The notes under the pieces: model-generated
Seen by the model: only the letters and a program-made list of their open reading frames with translations
Database searches by the model: none
Told to the model about the DNA's origin: nothing
NCBI RefSeq assembly: GCF_029240215.1
Contig: NZ_JARBTK010000005.1
Location: 19,813-83,812 of the forward strand
DNA from: Chryseobacterium sp.
GTDB taxonomy: Bacteria; Bacteroidota; Bacteroidia; Flavobacteriales; Weeksellaceae
DNA: 64,000 nt
Reading direction: 5' to 3'
Shown here: piece by piece, positions 34,526 to 44,871 of the stretch
Layout of the letters: every line of letters starts with the position of its first letter
Position numbering within the stretch: position 1 is the stretch's first letter
Position numbers and translations under genes: made by a program

Positions 34526-35992
34526 ATGACAAAAAGACTTTACTACGGCATTCTTATTCTTTTCCTTTTCTTTGGAAATCTGAAAGCTCAAATCGATAAA
34601 AATTCATCATTATTTTTAGAATTAAAAAAACAGGACAGCCTTTTCTTCGAGCGTGGTTTCAATAATTGTGATATTGCATATCTCGAAAAATCGGTAGATG
34701 ATAATCTGAAATTTTATCATGACTTCGGCGGTTTCCAGGATAAAAAACTGTTTATGGAAAGAACGAAGAAAAATATCTGTGGCAATCCTAATCAAAAGCC
34801 GATTCGCAAAGTGATTGAAAGCAGTCTGGAAGTTTTTCCTTTGTATAATAACGGCGAATTGTATGGCGCTATCCAAACCGGAGAACATCAGTTTTTTACG
34901 CGCGAGAAAAATAAAGAAGATGTTTTGGGCGGACAAGCAAAATTCACATCAGTCTGGACCAAAAAAAACGGAAATTGGTTGATGAGCGATGTTCTCAGCT
35001 ATGACCACGGAGATCCGGCTAAAACAAAAATTTCAGACGATTTGGAAAAATTATTAAAAGATAATAGCATCCCAACTTTAGGATTAGGTGTAATCGAAAA
35101 TGGGAAATTAACACAAATAAAAGTTTACGGAACATTAAACGGCAAAACAACTGCGCCTTACAACAGCCTTTTTAATGTAGCATCATTAACCAAACCGGTT
35201 ACAGCAATGACGGTTCTGCGTTTAGTAAGCCTCGGGAAATGGAATCTTGATGAACCACTTTACAAATATTTTACCGATCCTGATGTTGCTAATGATCCTC
35301 GACACAAAAAATTGACGACCAGATTGGTTTTGAGCCATCAAACCGGTTTCTCAAATTGGAGATGGATGAATAAAGACCAAAAACTCAGTCTTAATTTTGA
35401 TCCCGGAACAAAATATCAATATTCAGGTGAGGGTTTTGAATATCTACGAAAAGCTATCGAAAATAAATTTCACAAAAGTCTGGAAGATTTAGCCAAAGAA
35501 ATGATTTTCCAACCATTAAACATGAAAGACACAAGTTATATTTGGGATGAGAAGAAAGACTCACAAAGAATTGTAATGGGATATAACAAAAACGGAAAAC
35601 AATATGATATTGTAAAAAATACAAAAGCAAACGCAGCAGATGATTTGATAACTTCTGTAGAAGATTATAGTAACTTCTTGATTGCCGTAATGGATAATAA
35701 ACTGCTTTCACCACAAGTTTTTGAAGAAATGAAAGCCAAACAGGTCGAAACTAAAAAAAACAAATATTACGGACTCGGATTTGAAATCTATGACTTAGGA
35801 AATAATGAAATTTCCCTTTCACACAGCGGTTCAGATAAAGGTGTTAACACGTTTGCGATCATTTTACCAAAAACAAAAAAAGGTATTGTTATCTTCACAA
35901 ATGTCGATGACGGCTACAAAATTTATGAAACTCTCATCAATCAATACTTTGGAGATATTGGTAGGAAGGTTGTTGAGATTGAAACAAAATAA
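34526..35992 (+). CDS. Serine hydrolase (beta-lactamase class C fold) with N-terminal DUF4440-like domain
   Basis: SLTK (SxxK), LSHQTG, YSGEG, HSG. Confidence 0.85.
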   Translation: MTKRLYYGILILFLFFGNLKAQIDKNSSLFLELKKQDSLFFERGFNNCDIAYLEKSVDDNLKFYHDFGGFQDKKLFMERTKKNICGNPNQKPIRKVIESSLEVFPLYNNGELYGAIQTGEHQFFTREKNKEDVLGGQAKFTSVWTKKNGNWLMSDVLSYDHGDPAKTKISDDLEKLLKDNSIPTLGLGVIENGKLTQIKVYGTLNGKTTAPYNSLFNVASLTKPVTAMTVLRLVSLGKWNLDEPLYKYFTDPDVANDPRHKKLTTRLVLSHQTGFSNWRWMNKDQKLSLNFDPGTKYQYSGEGFEYLRKAIENKFHKSLEDLAKEMIFQPLNMKDTSYIWDEKKDSQRIVMGYNKNGKQYDIVKNTKANAADDLITSVEDYSNFLIAVMDNKLLSPQVFEEMKAKQVETKKNKYYGLGFEIYDLGNNEISLSHSGSDKGVNTFAIILPKTKKGIVIFTNVDDGYKIYETLINQYFGDIGRKVVEIETK

Positions 35993-36029
35993 TTCTGATA
36001 TAATTAATTACAGTTAAATTATTTTTAAC

Positions 36030-36048
36030 TGTAATTAATTTTGTTACA
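36030..36048. promoter_or_regulatory. Putative Rrf2 operator 1
   Basis: TGTAA-N9-TTACA upstream of the Rrf2 gene. Confidence 0.55.
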
Positions 36049-36079
36049 ATTAAAATTTGTATATCTTTGTATCATAATT

Positions 36080-36490
36080 ATGAGCAATACAAGATTCGCA
36101 ACAGCGATACATATCATGACATTACTGGCAAAAGTTCCTCAGGAATGGCTCACTTCTGATTGGATTGCCGGAAGCATCAATGTAAATCCTGTTATTGTAC
36201 GTAAAGAATTGCGTGAATTACGTGAAGCGGGTTTAATTACAAGCAGATTGGGAAAAGATGGCGGAACGAGACTCTTAAAAAGTGCTGATGAAATTAAAAT
36301 TTCTGAAATCTATGAAGCTGTAAAAAACAATGAAATTTTAGGAAAAAAAAACCAGAAACCAAATCCTGCCTGTCCGGTAGGGAAGGAGATCAACAATCAT
36401 CTTTCTTTGCTTTTTGAGCAGACAGATCTATTGGTAAAAAGTTTTTTGGGAGACAAATCTCTTCAGGAATTTACAGATCAGTTCGATTAA
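36080..36490 (+). CDS. Rrf2 family regulator (likely start MSNTRF)
   Basis: IAGSINVNPV.VR, G..GG..L, CPVG. Confidence 0.88.
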   Translation: MSNTRFATAIHIMTLLAKVPQEWLTSDWIAGSINVNPVIVRKELRELREAGLITSRLGKDGGTRLLKSADEIKISEIYEAVKNNEILGKKNQKPNPACPVGKEINNHLSLLFEQTDLLVKSFLGDKSLQEFTDQFD

Positions 36491-36507
36491 AAATTTTTGA
36501 CCAAAAA

Positions 36508-36526
36508 TGTAACAATATTTATTACA
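36508..36526. promoter_or_regulatory. Putative Rrf2 operator 2
   Basis: TGTAA-N9-TTACA upstream of the oxidoreductase. Confidence 0.55.
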
Positions 36527-36546
36527 ATTAATTTAAATAAAAAAAT

Positions 36547-37200
36547 ATGAACAAAAAAGTAGCAGTAATCGGAGCCACAGGTTTCGTAGGAAAACAAGTT
36601 GTTAACGAATTATCAAACAGAGGTTATCAAGTGAATGCCATCGCTAGAGACAGCTCAAAAGTTGATGCGAAAGACAATGTAAATGCAATCAGCGCAGATG
36701 TAAACAATGTGGAAGAATTTGCAAAAGTTCTGGAAGGAAATGATGCCGTAATCAATACCTTCAATCCGGGATGGACGAATCCAAATCTTTATAATGATTT
36801 TTTAAACGGAAGTAAAAACATCGAAAAAGCAGTAGAACAATCCGGTGTTAAAAGATTTATTACCGTTGGTGGAGCAGGAAGTTTATTCATCGATGGAAAC
36901 CAATTGGTTGACGGTCCTGATTTCCCTGCAGATATCAAACCGGGAGCAACCGCTGCAAGAGATTATTTGAATGAAATCAAACAGAACAACACTTTAGACT
37001 GGACGTTTTTCAGCCCCGCAATCGAAATGCATCAGGGAACGGCGGGTATAAGAACCGGAAAATACAGAACATCTCTGGAGTCTCCCGTTTTTGATGAAAA
37101 CGGAAGAAGTATTCTTTCCGTAGAAGATGTTGCCGTTGCTTTGGTGGATGAATTGGAACAGAACAACCATATTCGTGAGCGTTTTACAGCAGCTTACTAA
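36547..37200 (+). CDS. NAD(P)H-binding Rossmann-fold oxidoreductase
   Basis: GATGFVG, VGGAGSL, WTFFSP, ISVEDVA-like motif. Confidence 0.88.
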   Translation: MNKKVAVIGATGFVGKQVVNELSNRGYQVNAIARDSSKVDAKDNVNAISADVNNVEEFAKVLEGNDAVINTFNPGWTNPNLYNDFLNGSKNIEKAVEQSGVKRFITVGGAGSLFIDGNQLVDGPDFPADIKPGATAARDYLNEIKQNNTLDWTFFSPAIEMHQGTAGIRTGKYRTSLESPVFDENGRSILSVEDVAVALVDELEQNNHIRERFTAAY

Positions 37201-37274
37201 TTTTTTTTCTTGATTTATATAAAGTTTCGGCGGCACCAAAGGTGCCGCCGAAACTATTTTTATCGATTAAATTT

Positions 37275-38300
37275 TTACAGATTCATAAACAACTTCGGAT
37301 TCACCGGAGTATTGTTTTTGTGCACTTCATAATGCAAATGAGGTCCTGTGGAACGACCGGAATTTCCTGATTTTGCAATCACCTGTCCCACTTTTACTTT
37401 ATCATTCGTTTTTGCAACCAATTGAGACAAATGTCCGTAAAGCGTTGCCAAGCCATTTCCGTGAGAAACTATTACACAGTTTCCGTAACCGCCTTTCTGT
37501 CCTGAGAAAATTACGGTTCCGGCAGCGGTGGCAATTACATCAGAACCAAAAGGAACAGCTATATCTAAGCCTTTATGATACTGCATCTGGTCAGCTTCCG
37601 CAGGTGGATTATTTTTTTCAGCAGGAGTTTTTGATGATGATGCAGCAACAGTATTGGAAGAAGTTGCAGGTGCTGAAGCTACAGTTTCTGTCTTTGCTTT
37701 TGGCGTAACCATTACTTTTACTTCACGTTTATTTCCGTAGCTGTCTGTCAATTCAATTGTTTTTTCGTAAGGTTCAGCTTTTACTTCAGGTTTTGGAGCT
37801 GCTGTAGCAGCTACTGTTGTTTTAGTTTCTGCTGTCGGTTTTACAGATGCGAAAACCGTTTTGAATGGAATAGGATTTTTTCTGATTCCGAAGTTAGATG
37901 AAATATAGCCTTCAGTAGGCATTCCCAAAGGAACCTGCATCAGTTTTTTCTGAAGATCCATCAAATATTGGCTGTATCTGTTTGATTGTTTGGCAAGATA
38001 AATTGAGTTTGAAACACTGTCGTTATCAAGAACCATCAGTTTTTCGTTCTTAATGTCTTTAGATTTTAAAAATGAATTCAGCTGTCCTACCGTTTGATCT
38101 ACTAAGCTAAGGTCTGTCTTCATTTTCAGATAATCTACACTATCTTTTTCTGTATTTATTTTTACCAGATTGACTTCATAATTTTTATCATCTTTTCCTG
38201 AATATAATTTGGCAATAAAAATACTTTGTGCAAAAACTACCAGTAAAAGTCCTCCGATCAGAATGTTTACTTTCTTTTTGCTTCCTAAAAATTTCTTCAT
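37275..38300 (-). CDS. M23 family metallopeptidase
   Basis: HKGLD (HxxxD), STGPHLHYEV. Confidence 0.9.
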   Translation of the reverse strand: MKKFLGSKKKVNILIGGLLLVVFAQSIFIAKLYSGKDDKNYEVNLVKINTEKDSVDYLKMKTDLSLVDQTVGQLNSFLKSKDIKNEKLMVLDNDSVSNSIYLAKQSNRYSQYLMDLQKKLMQVPLGMPTEGYISSNFGIRKNPIPFKTVFASVKPTAETKTTVAATAAPKPEVKAEPYEKTIELTDSYGNKREVKVMVTPKAKTETVASAPATSSNTVAASSSKTPAEKNNPPAEADQMQYHKGLDIAVPFGSDVIATAAGTVIFSGQKGGYGNCVIVSHGNGLATLYGHLSQLVAKTNDKVKVGQVIAKSGNSGRSTGPHLHYEVHKNNTPVNPKLFMNL

Positions 38301-38520
38301 TTTTCTTTCTTGGAATTTAAAAACCGTTTTAAGGGTGCAAATTTAGTTAAAAATTAATTTTAAGAATTATTTCTAATTAAAATCTGGAATATTTTATGTT
38401 TAACGGAATATTAAACATTTAATTGTATGAGAATGTTAATTTTTAATAAAATAAGGATTGTTAGATTTATACAGCCACTTATTTCTTTGTTTTAATATAT
38501 TTGCAATTCACATTTCAATT

Positions 38521-39561
38521 ATGGCGAAAAAGAAATCAACTTTAGAATCTTCAAACTCAAAAAAGGCTAAACACGACATTTCTGTCGGTGTCGTAGGAAG
38601 CGGAAGTTTCGCAACGGCAATTGTAAAAATGCTTGTTGAAAACTGCAAAACAGTACATTGGTGCGTGAGAAGTGAATTTGTAAAAGGTGCTATTGAACTT
38701 CGCGGTCACAACCCGACATATCTTACAGCTGTTAATTTTAATCTTAAAAATTTAAAGCTTACTACTGATATTAACGAACTTGTTTCTGCTTGCGATGTGG
38801 TGGTTTTGGCAACTCCGTCAATTTATTTGTCAGATACGATGGATAAAATGACGTGTGATTACAAGGACAAAATTTTTGTTTCTGCGATTAAAGGGATTAT
38901 TCCAAAAGTGAATGATGTTGTTGCGCATTATCTGAAAGAAGAGTTCCAAATCGGTTTCAGAAATCAGGCCGTGATTGCAGGACCTTGTCACGCAGAAGAA
39001 GTTGCGATGGAGAGACTTTCTTATCTTACCGTTGCGACCGTAGAAGACGAAACTTCAGACAAGTTAGTTGGAATTTTCAATTCAGATTTTATTAAAGTCA
39101 ATTCGAGTAAAGATATTTTAGGGAATGAATACAGTGCAATCCTTAAAAACATTTTTGCAATCGGAGCCGGAATTGCAAGCGGCTTGGGTTATGGAGATAA
39201 CTTTACCGCAGTTTTTGTATCAAACGCCATCCGTGAAATGGAAACTTTCCTTGAAGCGATTTACGAAGCTCCGAGAGATGTGAATGAAAGCGCTTATTTG
39301 GGAGATTTACTCGTTACGGCATATTCTTTATTCTCAAGAAACAGAAACTTAGGAAACCTCATCGGAAAAGGGTATACCGTAAAATCAGCAATTCAGTCGA
39401 TGAACATGGTTGCGGAAGGATATTACGCCGCAGATTCCATCTATAAAACGGCAAGACAGAAAAATCTTGAATTACCGATCATTGATACTATTTATGCGAT
39501 TTTATATGAAGGTAAAAATGCCGAGAAACAGTTTAAAAAACTGACTGCAAAACTGAATTAA
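38521..39561 (+). CDS. gpsA: NAD(P)H-dependent glycerol-3-phosphate dehydrogenase (likely start 38521)
   Basis: GSGSFATA, GPCHAEEV, KNIFAI, GDLLVT..S..SRN, AEG. Confidence 0.92.
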   Translation: MAKKKSTLESSNSKKAKHDISVGVVGSGSFATAIVKMLVENCKTVHWCVRSEFVKGAIELRGHNPTYLTAVNFNLKNLKLTTDINELVSACDVVVLATPSIYLSDTMDKMTCDYKDKIFVSAIKGIIPKVNDVVAHYLKEEFQIGFRNQAVIAGPCHAEEVAMERLSYLTVATVEDETSDKLVGIFNSDFIKVNSSKDILGNEYSAILKNIFAIGAGIASGLGYGDNFTAVFVSNAIREMETFLEAIYEAPRDVNESAYLGDLLVTAYSLFSRNRNLGNLIGKGYTVKSAIQSMNMVAEGYYAADSIYKTARQKNLELPIIDTIYAILYEGKNAEKQFKKLTAKLN

Positions 39562-40197
39562 GTTTTAGAAAAATAAAATATAAAGAGAACATCAGTAAAT
39601 TATTTGCTGGTGTTTTTTTATGGCAGCTATTTCCGCCTGTAATTTATCCTGAGCGAAGTCGAAGGACTCCCGCTTTTTTGTCTCCGCTTTGCTCCGGCAA
39701 AAAGAGCTCCGTTCAAGTCGGGCTGCTGCAATTCGGCGTTTAAAAGTCGAGTAAAAAGTAAAAGAGCCAAGTATAAAGTGTGAACAAATAATTTGAATTT
39801 TACAAGCATCCCGCTCCTACGGAGCTCCCAATTTTTCTATGATATTGATTTCTACAAACATTTTGCACCTACGAGCAAACATATATAATTTTTATGATTG
39901 ACTACAATCTGTCATCATGAAAAATGCCTTGTATTTCTTTATTAAGTTTACGCCTTTGTATAACTTATTACGGGAAAAATTTAAAATTCTTTCTTTGACT
40001 TTGCGATAAATAAAGTTATCAAAAACCGATATTCAATAATTTGCTTTTTGCAGATTCGATTTAAAAAATTTGAAAAACCCATTCAATCTGCGAGAGAATA
40101 AATTTCAACATTCTAAATCAAAATTTACCGTGTTAAAAATCATTAAACATCCATTTAATAAAAAACTTTTCCCGAAATTCGTAGTAAATTTAATGGA

Positions 40198-41703
40198 ATG
40201 CCGAATACAATTTTAAGCAGAACACCAAAACCAAAATATGACGTTGTTTTAATCGGAGGTGGAATTATGAGCGCTACATTAGCAACATTACTTCACGAAT
40301 TTGATCCCAATTTAAATATAGCAATTTTTGAAAGACTCGGAAGATTTGCCAAAGAAAGTACGGCAGCGTGGAATAATGCAGGAACAGGACATTCAGCATT
40401 TTGCGAATTGAATTATACGCCCGAAAATGAAGACGGAACAGTTGATATTTCTAAAGCTGAAAAGATTGCAGAGCAATTTGAGATTTCAAAACAGTTTTGG
40501 TCTTATTTGATTGACAAAAAATATATATCGACTCCGTCGGATTTCATTAATTCTTGCGCACACATGAGTTTGGTATTTGGCGAAAAAGATGCTGAATATC
40601 TCAAAAAACGTCATGAAGCGATGAAAGATTCGCCATTATTTTCTGCAATGGAATTTTCTACCGATCATGACCAATTGCGGGAATGGATTCCTTTGGTAAT
40701 GAGTAAAAGAAACGAAGCCGAAATTCTCGCTGCCACAAAAATGGATTTGGGTACCGATGTGAATTTCGGTAGTCTAACCCGAAAAATGGGAAGACATTTA
40801 CTTGAAGATTCAAACGTTGAAGTTTTCCTTTATCATGAAGTAAAAGATATCGATCCGAGAAACGATGGAAAATGGGAAATGAAAGTGAAAGATAGAATTC
40901 ACAATCATAAGCAGGAAGTAGTTGCGGACTTTGTTTTCATCGGAGCAGGAGGTTACGCACTTCCTTTGCTGGAAAGTTCAGAAATTAAAGAAAGTGAAGG
41001 GTATGGCGGTTTTCCGGTTTCCGGAGAATGGTTGGTAACGCACAATCCTGAATTGGTAGAAAAGCATCAGGCAAAAGTGTATACTCAGGCAACTGTAGAT
41101 GCGCCACCAATGTCAGTCCCGCATTTGGATTTAAGGATTATTGACGGAAAGAAGGCTTTGCTTTTCGGTCCTTTCGCAGGATTTTCAACTAAATTTTTAA
41201 AAGAAGGAAATTATCTGGATTTACCAGCAAGTGTCAATACAAAAAATATAAAATCGCTCTTCGGAGCTTGGTGGCATAATATTCCTCTGACAAAATATCT
41301 GGTACAGCAAGTTGCAATGACTAAGGCTCAGAGAATTCAGCATTTAAGGGAATTTGTAAAAGATGCCAAAGAAGAAGATTGGGAACTGAAAGTTGCCGGA
41401 CAACGTGTACAGATCATTAAAAAAGATGGAAAACAGGGTGGGAAATTAGAATTCGGAACCGAAGTTGTGGTCAATCAGCAGGGAACGATTGCATCTTTGT
41501 TGGGTGCATCTCCTGGAGCTTCCACAGCAGTTTTTGCAATGGTCAATGTTCTTGAAAAGTGTTTTCCTGAAAAAATCAATGGTGAGTGGAGAGAAAAATT
41601 ATTGGAAATGATTCCTTCGTACGGACAGAAATTAGCCGAAAATCCTGAACTTACCGAAAAAGTAAGAGCATACAGCAAAGAAAAATTAGAACTCAAACAT
41701 TAA
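40198..41703 (+). CDS. mqo: Malate:quinone oxidoreductase
   Basis: IGGGIMSATL, WNNAGTGH, PPMSVPHLD, AGQRVQIIK, SPGAST. Confidence 0.95.
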   Translation: MPNTILSRTPKPKYDVVLIGGGIMSATLATLLHEFDPNLNIAIFERLGRFAKESTAAWNNAGTGHSAFCELNYTPENEDGTVDISKAEKIAEQFEISKQFWSYLIDKKYISTPSDFINSCAHMSLVFGEKDAEYLKKRHEAMKDSPLFSAMEFSTDHDQLREWIPLVMSKRNEAEILAATKMDLGTDVNFGSLTRKMGRHLLEDSNVEVFLYHEVKDIDPRNDGKWEMKVKDRIHNHKQEVVADFVFIGAGGYALPLLESSEIKESEGYGGFPVSGEWLVTHNPELVEKHQAKVYTQATVDAPPMSVPHLDLRIIDGKKALLFGPFAGFSTKFLKEGNYLDLPASVNTKNIKSLFGAWWHNIPLTKYLVQQVAMTKAQRIQHLREFVKDAKEEDWELKVAGQRVQIIKKDGKQGGKLEFGTEVVVNQQGTIASLLGASPGASTAVFAMVNVLEKCFPEKINGEWREKLLEMIPSYGQKLAENPELTEKVRAYSKEKLELKH

Positions 41704-41788
41704 AATATAAGTAATGATTAATGGGCAATAAGTAATTTTGAGAACGCTGTAAAATTACCCATTACCCATTACTCATTATTCATCAGCT

Positions 41789-42184
41789 ATGGAAGAAGTC
41801 GTTGTAAAACCCGTCATCGCAAAAGAATTGCTTGAATCTCTTCAGACAAAAATTGAAGAAGAGAAGCAGGTGATTGTGCACTGCTGTTTCCCGGCCTCAC
41901 CGTTTTTGGGAAATCTCATCCGAATATGGAATACGACTTACCTTCTAGATAATACTTCAAGCCATAAAAGTAAATTGATTCACGCAGAAAATATCACGAT
42001 TTATCCGAATTGGACAGCAGTTCCTTTTATGAGAGACTTTTGGTTTACTTTAATCTTTTCAGGACTTCCGAAGGATTGTACAAGCTTTGATTTTAAAGAA
42101 ATTATTCCGGAAGAAGGTGGTTTTTTTGTGAAATCAATTAAACGAAACGGATCAGATATTTACAGAATTAAAATCTCAGAATAA
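41789..42184 (+). CDS. Hypothetical protein
   Basis: 131-aa ORF in operon context. Confidence 0.7.
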   Translation: MEEVVVKPVIAKELLESLQTKIEEEKQVIVHCCFPASPFLGNLIRIWNTTYLLDNTSSHKSKLIHAENITIYPNWTAVPFMRDFWFTLIFSGLPKDCTSFDFKEIIPEEGGFFVKSIKRNGSDIYRIKISE

Positions 42185-42187
42185 TTC

Positions 42188-42814
42188 ATGAAAAAACACA
42201 TTCTATTTTTACTCTTGCTACTTCCTGTTCTTCTATTTTCTCAGAAAAACAAACAACAGTCTAAGGAAATTCAGGAAATCAAAAAATTTCAGAAAAATTT
42301 AAATAAAGAATATTCAGATCCTAAAGAAACGCCTTTGAGAGATGATAATTTCATTCAATTTAAACAGCATCCTTTCTTTCCCATTGATTTAAAATACAGA
42401 GTTACTGCAAATTTTATTAAAACTGAAAATCCACAACCTTTTGATTTGCCTACATCTTCCGGAAAATCAAAATCGTATCAGGAATTTGGTAAAGCAACTT
42501 TTATTTTAGATGGAAAACCGTATACTTTAACGATTTACCAAAGCTTAGATTTAATGAAAAAAGAAGAATATAAAGACTATCTTTTCCTGCCTTTTCGAGA
42601 TGAAACCAACAATAAAGAAACCTACGGTGGTGGAAAATATATGGATCTGAAAATTCCGACAGGAAACATAATCATTCTGGATTTTAATCAGTCGTATCAG
42701 CCATTTTGCGCTTATAATGCTTATGATTACAATTGCCCGATCGTTCCTGAAGAAAATAAGCTGGCTGTCGAAATACGAGCCGGAGTAATGTACGAAGATA
42801 TTTATCATCATTAA
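42188..42814 (+). CDS. DUF1684 domain protein
   Basis: FLPFRD.TN..ETYGGG.Y.D, DFN.SY.P.CAYN..Y.CP. Confidence 0.88.
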   Translation: MKKHILFLLLLLPVLLFSQKNKQQSKEIQEIKKFQKNLNKEYSDPKETPLRDDNFIQFKQHPFFPIDLKYRVTANFIKTENPQPFDLPTSSGKSKSYQEFGKATFILDGKPYTLTIYQSLDLMKKEEYKDYLFLPFRDETNNKETYGGGKYMDLKIPTGNIIILDFNQSYQPFCAYNAYDYNCPIVPEENKLAVEIRAGVMYEDIYHH

Positions 42815-42818
42815 AAAT

Positions 42819-43310
42819 ATGACTGAATTAAAATTTTATCAACCTGAAGATCTTCCTGAACTTGATTATATTCTCGATGATATTCAATCGCAGTATACAG
42901 CAACGGCAAAGCAATCTTTAGAAAGAATAGAAGAGAGAAACCACAATGGAGATTTTTTTGCTTACCCGATTACCATTTTTTATGACGAAAAAGTAGCGGT
43001 TTTTTTTGTGCTTGATTTTGGAGAAGAAAAATATGATCTTACAGAAAATCCGGATTCGGTTTTGCTTCGTTCATTATCTGTAAATCCTGATTTTCAGGGA
43101 AAAGGGATTGGAAAATCAGCAATGATTGAAGTCGATCACTTTGTAAATGAACATTTTGCAGATTGCAACGAGATTGTTTTAGCCGTAAACGAGAAAAATA
43201 CCTCAGCTTTTCAATTGTATGTCAAAAGCGGATATGAATTTGAAGGTAAAATGAGAGAAGGCAGAAGCGGTCCTCAGTTTTTAATGTTTAAAAAACTTCA
43301 GAATAATTAA
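42819..43310 (+). CDS. GNAT acetyltransferase
   Basis: V.PDFQGKGIGK, N..A..LY...G. Confidence 0.85.
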   Translation: MTELKFYQPEDLPELDYILDDIQSQYTATAKQSLERIEERNHNGDFFAYPITIFYDEKVAVFFVLDFGEEKYDLTENPDSVLLRSLSVNPDFQGKGIGKSAMIEVDHFVNEHFADCNEIVLAVNEKNTSAFQLYVKSGYEFEGKMREGRSGPQFLMFKKLQNN

Positions 43311-43371
43311 ATCAATTTTTTAGTTTGGCGTGATACTTTCAATTTGGTTTAAACACTATTGAAATATAATT

Positions 43372-44181
43372 ATGGAAGTATCACTAAAAAATCAGGTCGC
43401 CATCATCACGGGTGCATCAAGCGGAATAGGTACGGGAATCGCAAAATCTATTGCCGAAGCCGGAGCTACTGTAATCATCAATCATTCTTCAGAAAAATCT
43501 CACGAAAGTGCTCAAGAAGTATTAAAGGAAATCACTGATACAGGCGGAAAAGGAATGACTTATCAATGTGATGTTTCCAAAGAAGATGAAGTGATCAAAA
43601 TGTTTCGGGATGTAGTTGCTGAGTTTGGAACGGTTGATATTTTAATCAATAATGCCGGAATTCAGAAAGATGCGAAATTTACCGAAATGACACTCGATGA
43701 CTGGAATGCAGTAATCAATGTTAACTTAACAGGTCAGTTCCTTTGTTCAAGGGAAGCCATCAAAGAGTTTCTCAGACGCGGTATTGATACTTCGCGTTCA
43801 ATTGCTTGTGGAAAAATCATTCACATCAGTTCGGTTCACGAAATTATTCCCTGGGCAGGTCATGCCAATTATGCGGCAAGTAAAGGTGCTATCAAAATGC
43901 TGATGCAGACTTTGGCGCAGGAATATGGTCCCGACAAAATACGGGTCAACTCAATCGGTCCCGGTGCGATACAAACACCTATCAATAAACAGGCTTGGGA
44001 AACGAAAGACGCTTTAAATTCTTTGTTGGAGCTTATTCCCTACAACAGAATCGGGCAACCAAAAGATATCGGAAATTTGGCTGCTTTTCTAGCGAGTGAT
44101 CTTGCAGATTATATTTCAGGAGCAAGTATTTTCGTAGATGGAGGAATGACGAGTCTTGAAAGTTTTGCAGATGGCGGATAA
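43372..44181 (+). CDS. SDR family oxidoreductase (glucose 1-dehydrogenase-like)
   Basis: TGASSGIG, NNAG, YAASK, VDGG. Confidence 0.9.
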   Translation: MEVSLKNQVAIITGASSGIGTGIAKSIAEAGATVIINHSSEKSHESAQEVLKEITDTGGKGMTYQCDVSKEDEVIKMFRDVVAEFGTVDILINNAGIQKDAKFTEMTLDDWNAVINVNLTGQFLCSREAIKEFLRRGIDTSRSIACGKIIHISSVHEIIPWAGHANYAASKGAIKMLMQTLAQEYGPDKIRVNSIGPGAIQTPINKQAWETKDALNSLLELIPYNRIGQPKDIGNLAAFLASDLADYISGASIFVDGGMTSLESFADGG

Positions 44182-44184
44182 GAT

Positions 44185-44871
44185 TTACTCAAAAATCTGC
44201 TGAATAATTTCTAATGAATTTGGAGTTTTAAAGTCCGGAATATGATAATGATAATATACTAAAATGCTGTCTAGAAAATTTTTTCTTTTTGATGACGGAA
44301 CCTTGATTTCATAAGGGTTTTGTGATGAAATAATACTTTTCCACAATAGCGAATTTTCTTCATCAAAAATAGGGTGCGTAGAATTATAGATAAAATTTCC
44401 GGTTTCCGGATCAAGAAATTTTCCGTCTCCTAAAAGTGGTGCAACACCCTGGATTTTTAAAATTTTAATTAAAAAAATAAGATGCGACTGGTAGTTTTTA
44501 TTGCTGAGTTGGTTTGTGAATTCATCAATTGTGGTAAACAGGGCTAAATTTTTATTTTCATTTCGTAAAATCTGATTGAGAAAATCTGAAATAAAAAATA
44601 CAACCGTATTGGCTTTAATGTCTGTATACACATCATGCAGATTGAGCAACTCAAATCCTGAGACAGTCTGCATTCCGCTTCCTTTACCAAGCCTTACTGA
44701 GAAGTTTAATTTATTTAACGGCAAAAGAAAAGCTTTCTTCTTATTTTTTTGAGAATAAATTCCTTTGAGAAAATAAGTCTGAAAACCTTCCTCTTCTGTA
44801 AAACAATGCAGGATTGCATCGTTTTCGCCATATTTTATAAAAGAAAGTAAAAAACCGTTCTGAGAATTCAT
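44185..44871 (-). CDS. recO: DNA repair protein RecO
   Basis: KYGENDAIL..FT; Bacteroidota RecO length; next to porZ. Confidence 0.85.
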   Translation of the reverse strand: MNSQNGFLLSFIKYGENDAILHCFTEEEGFQTYFLKGIYSQKNKKKAFLLPLNKLNFSVRLGKGSGMQTVSGFELLNLHDVYTDIKANTVVFFISDFLNQILRNENKNLALFTTIDEFTNQLSNKNYQSHLIFLIKILKIQGVAPLLGDGKFLDPETGNFIYNSTHPIFDEENSLLWKSIISSQNPYEIKVPSSKRKNFLDSILVYYHYHIPDFKTPNSLEIIQQIFE

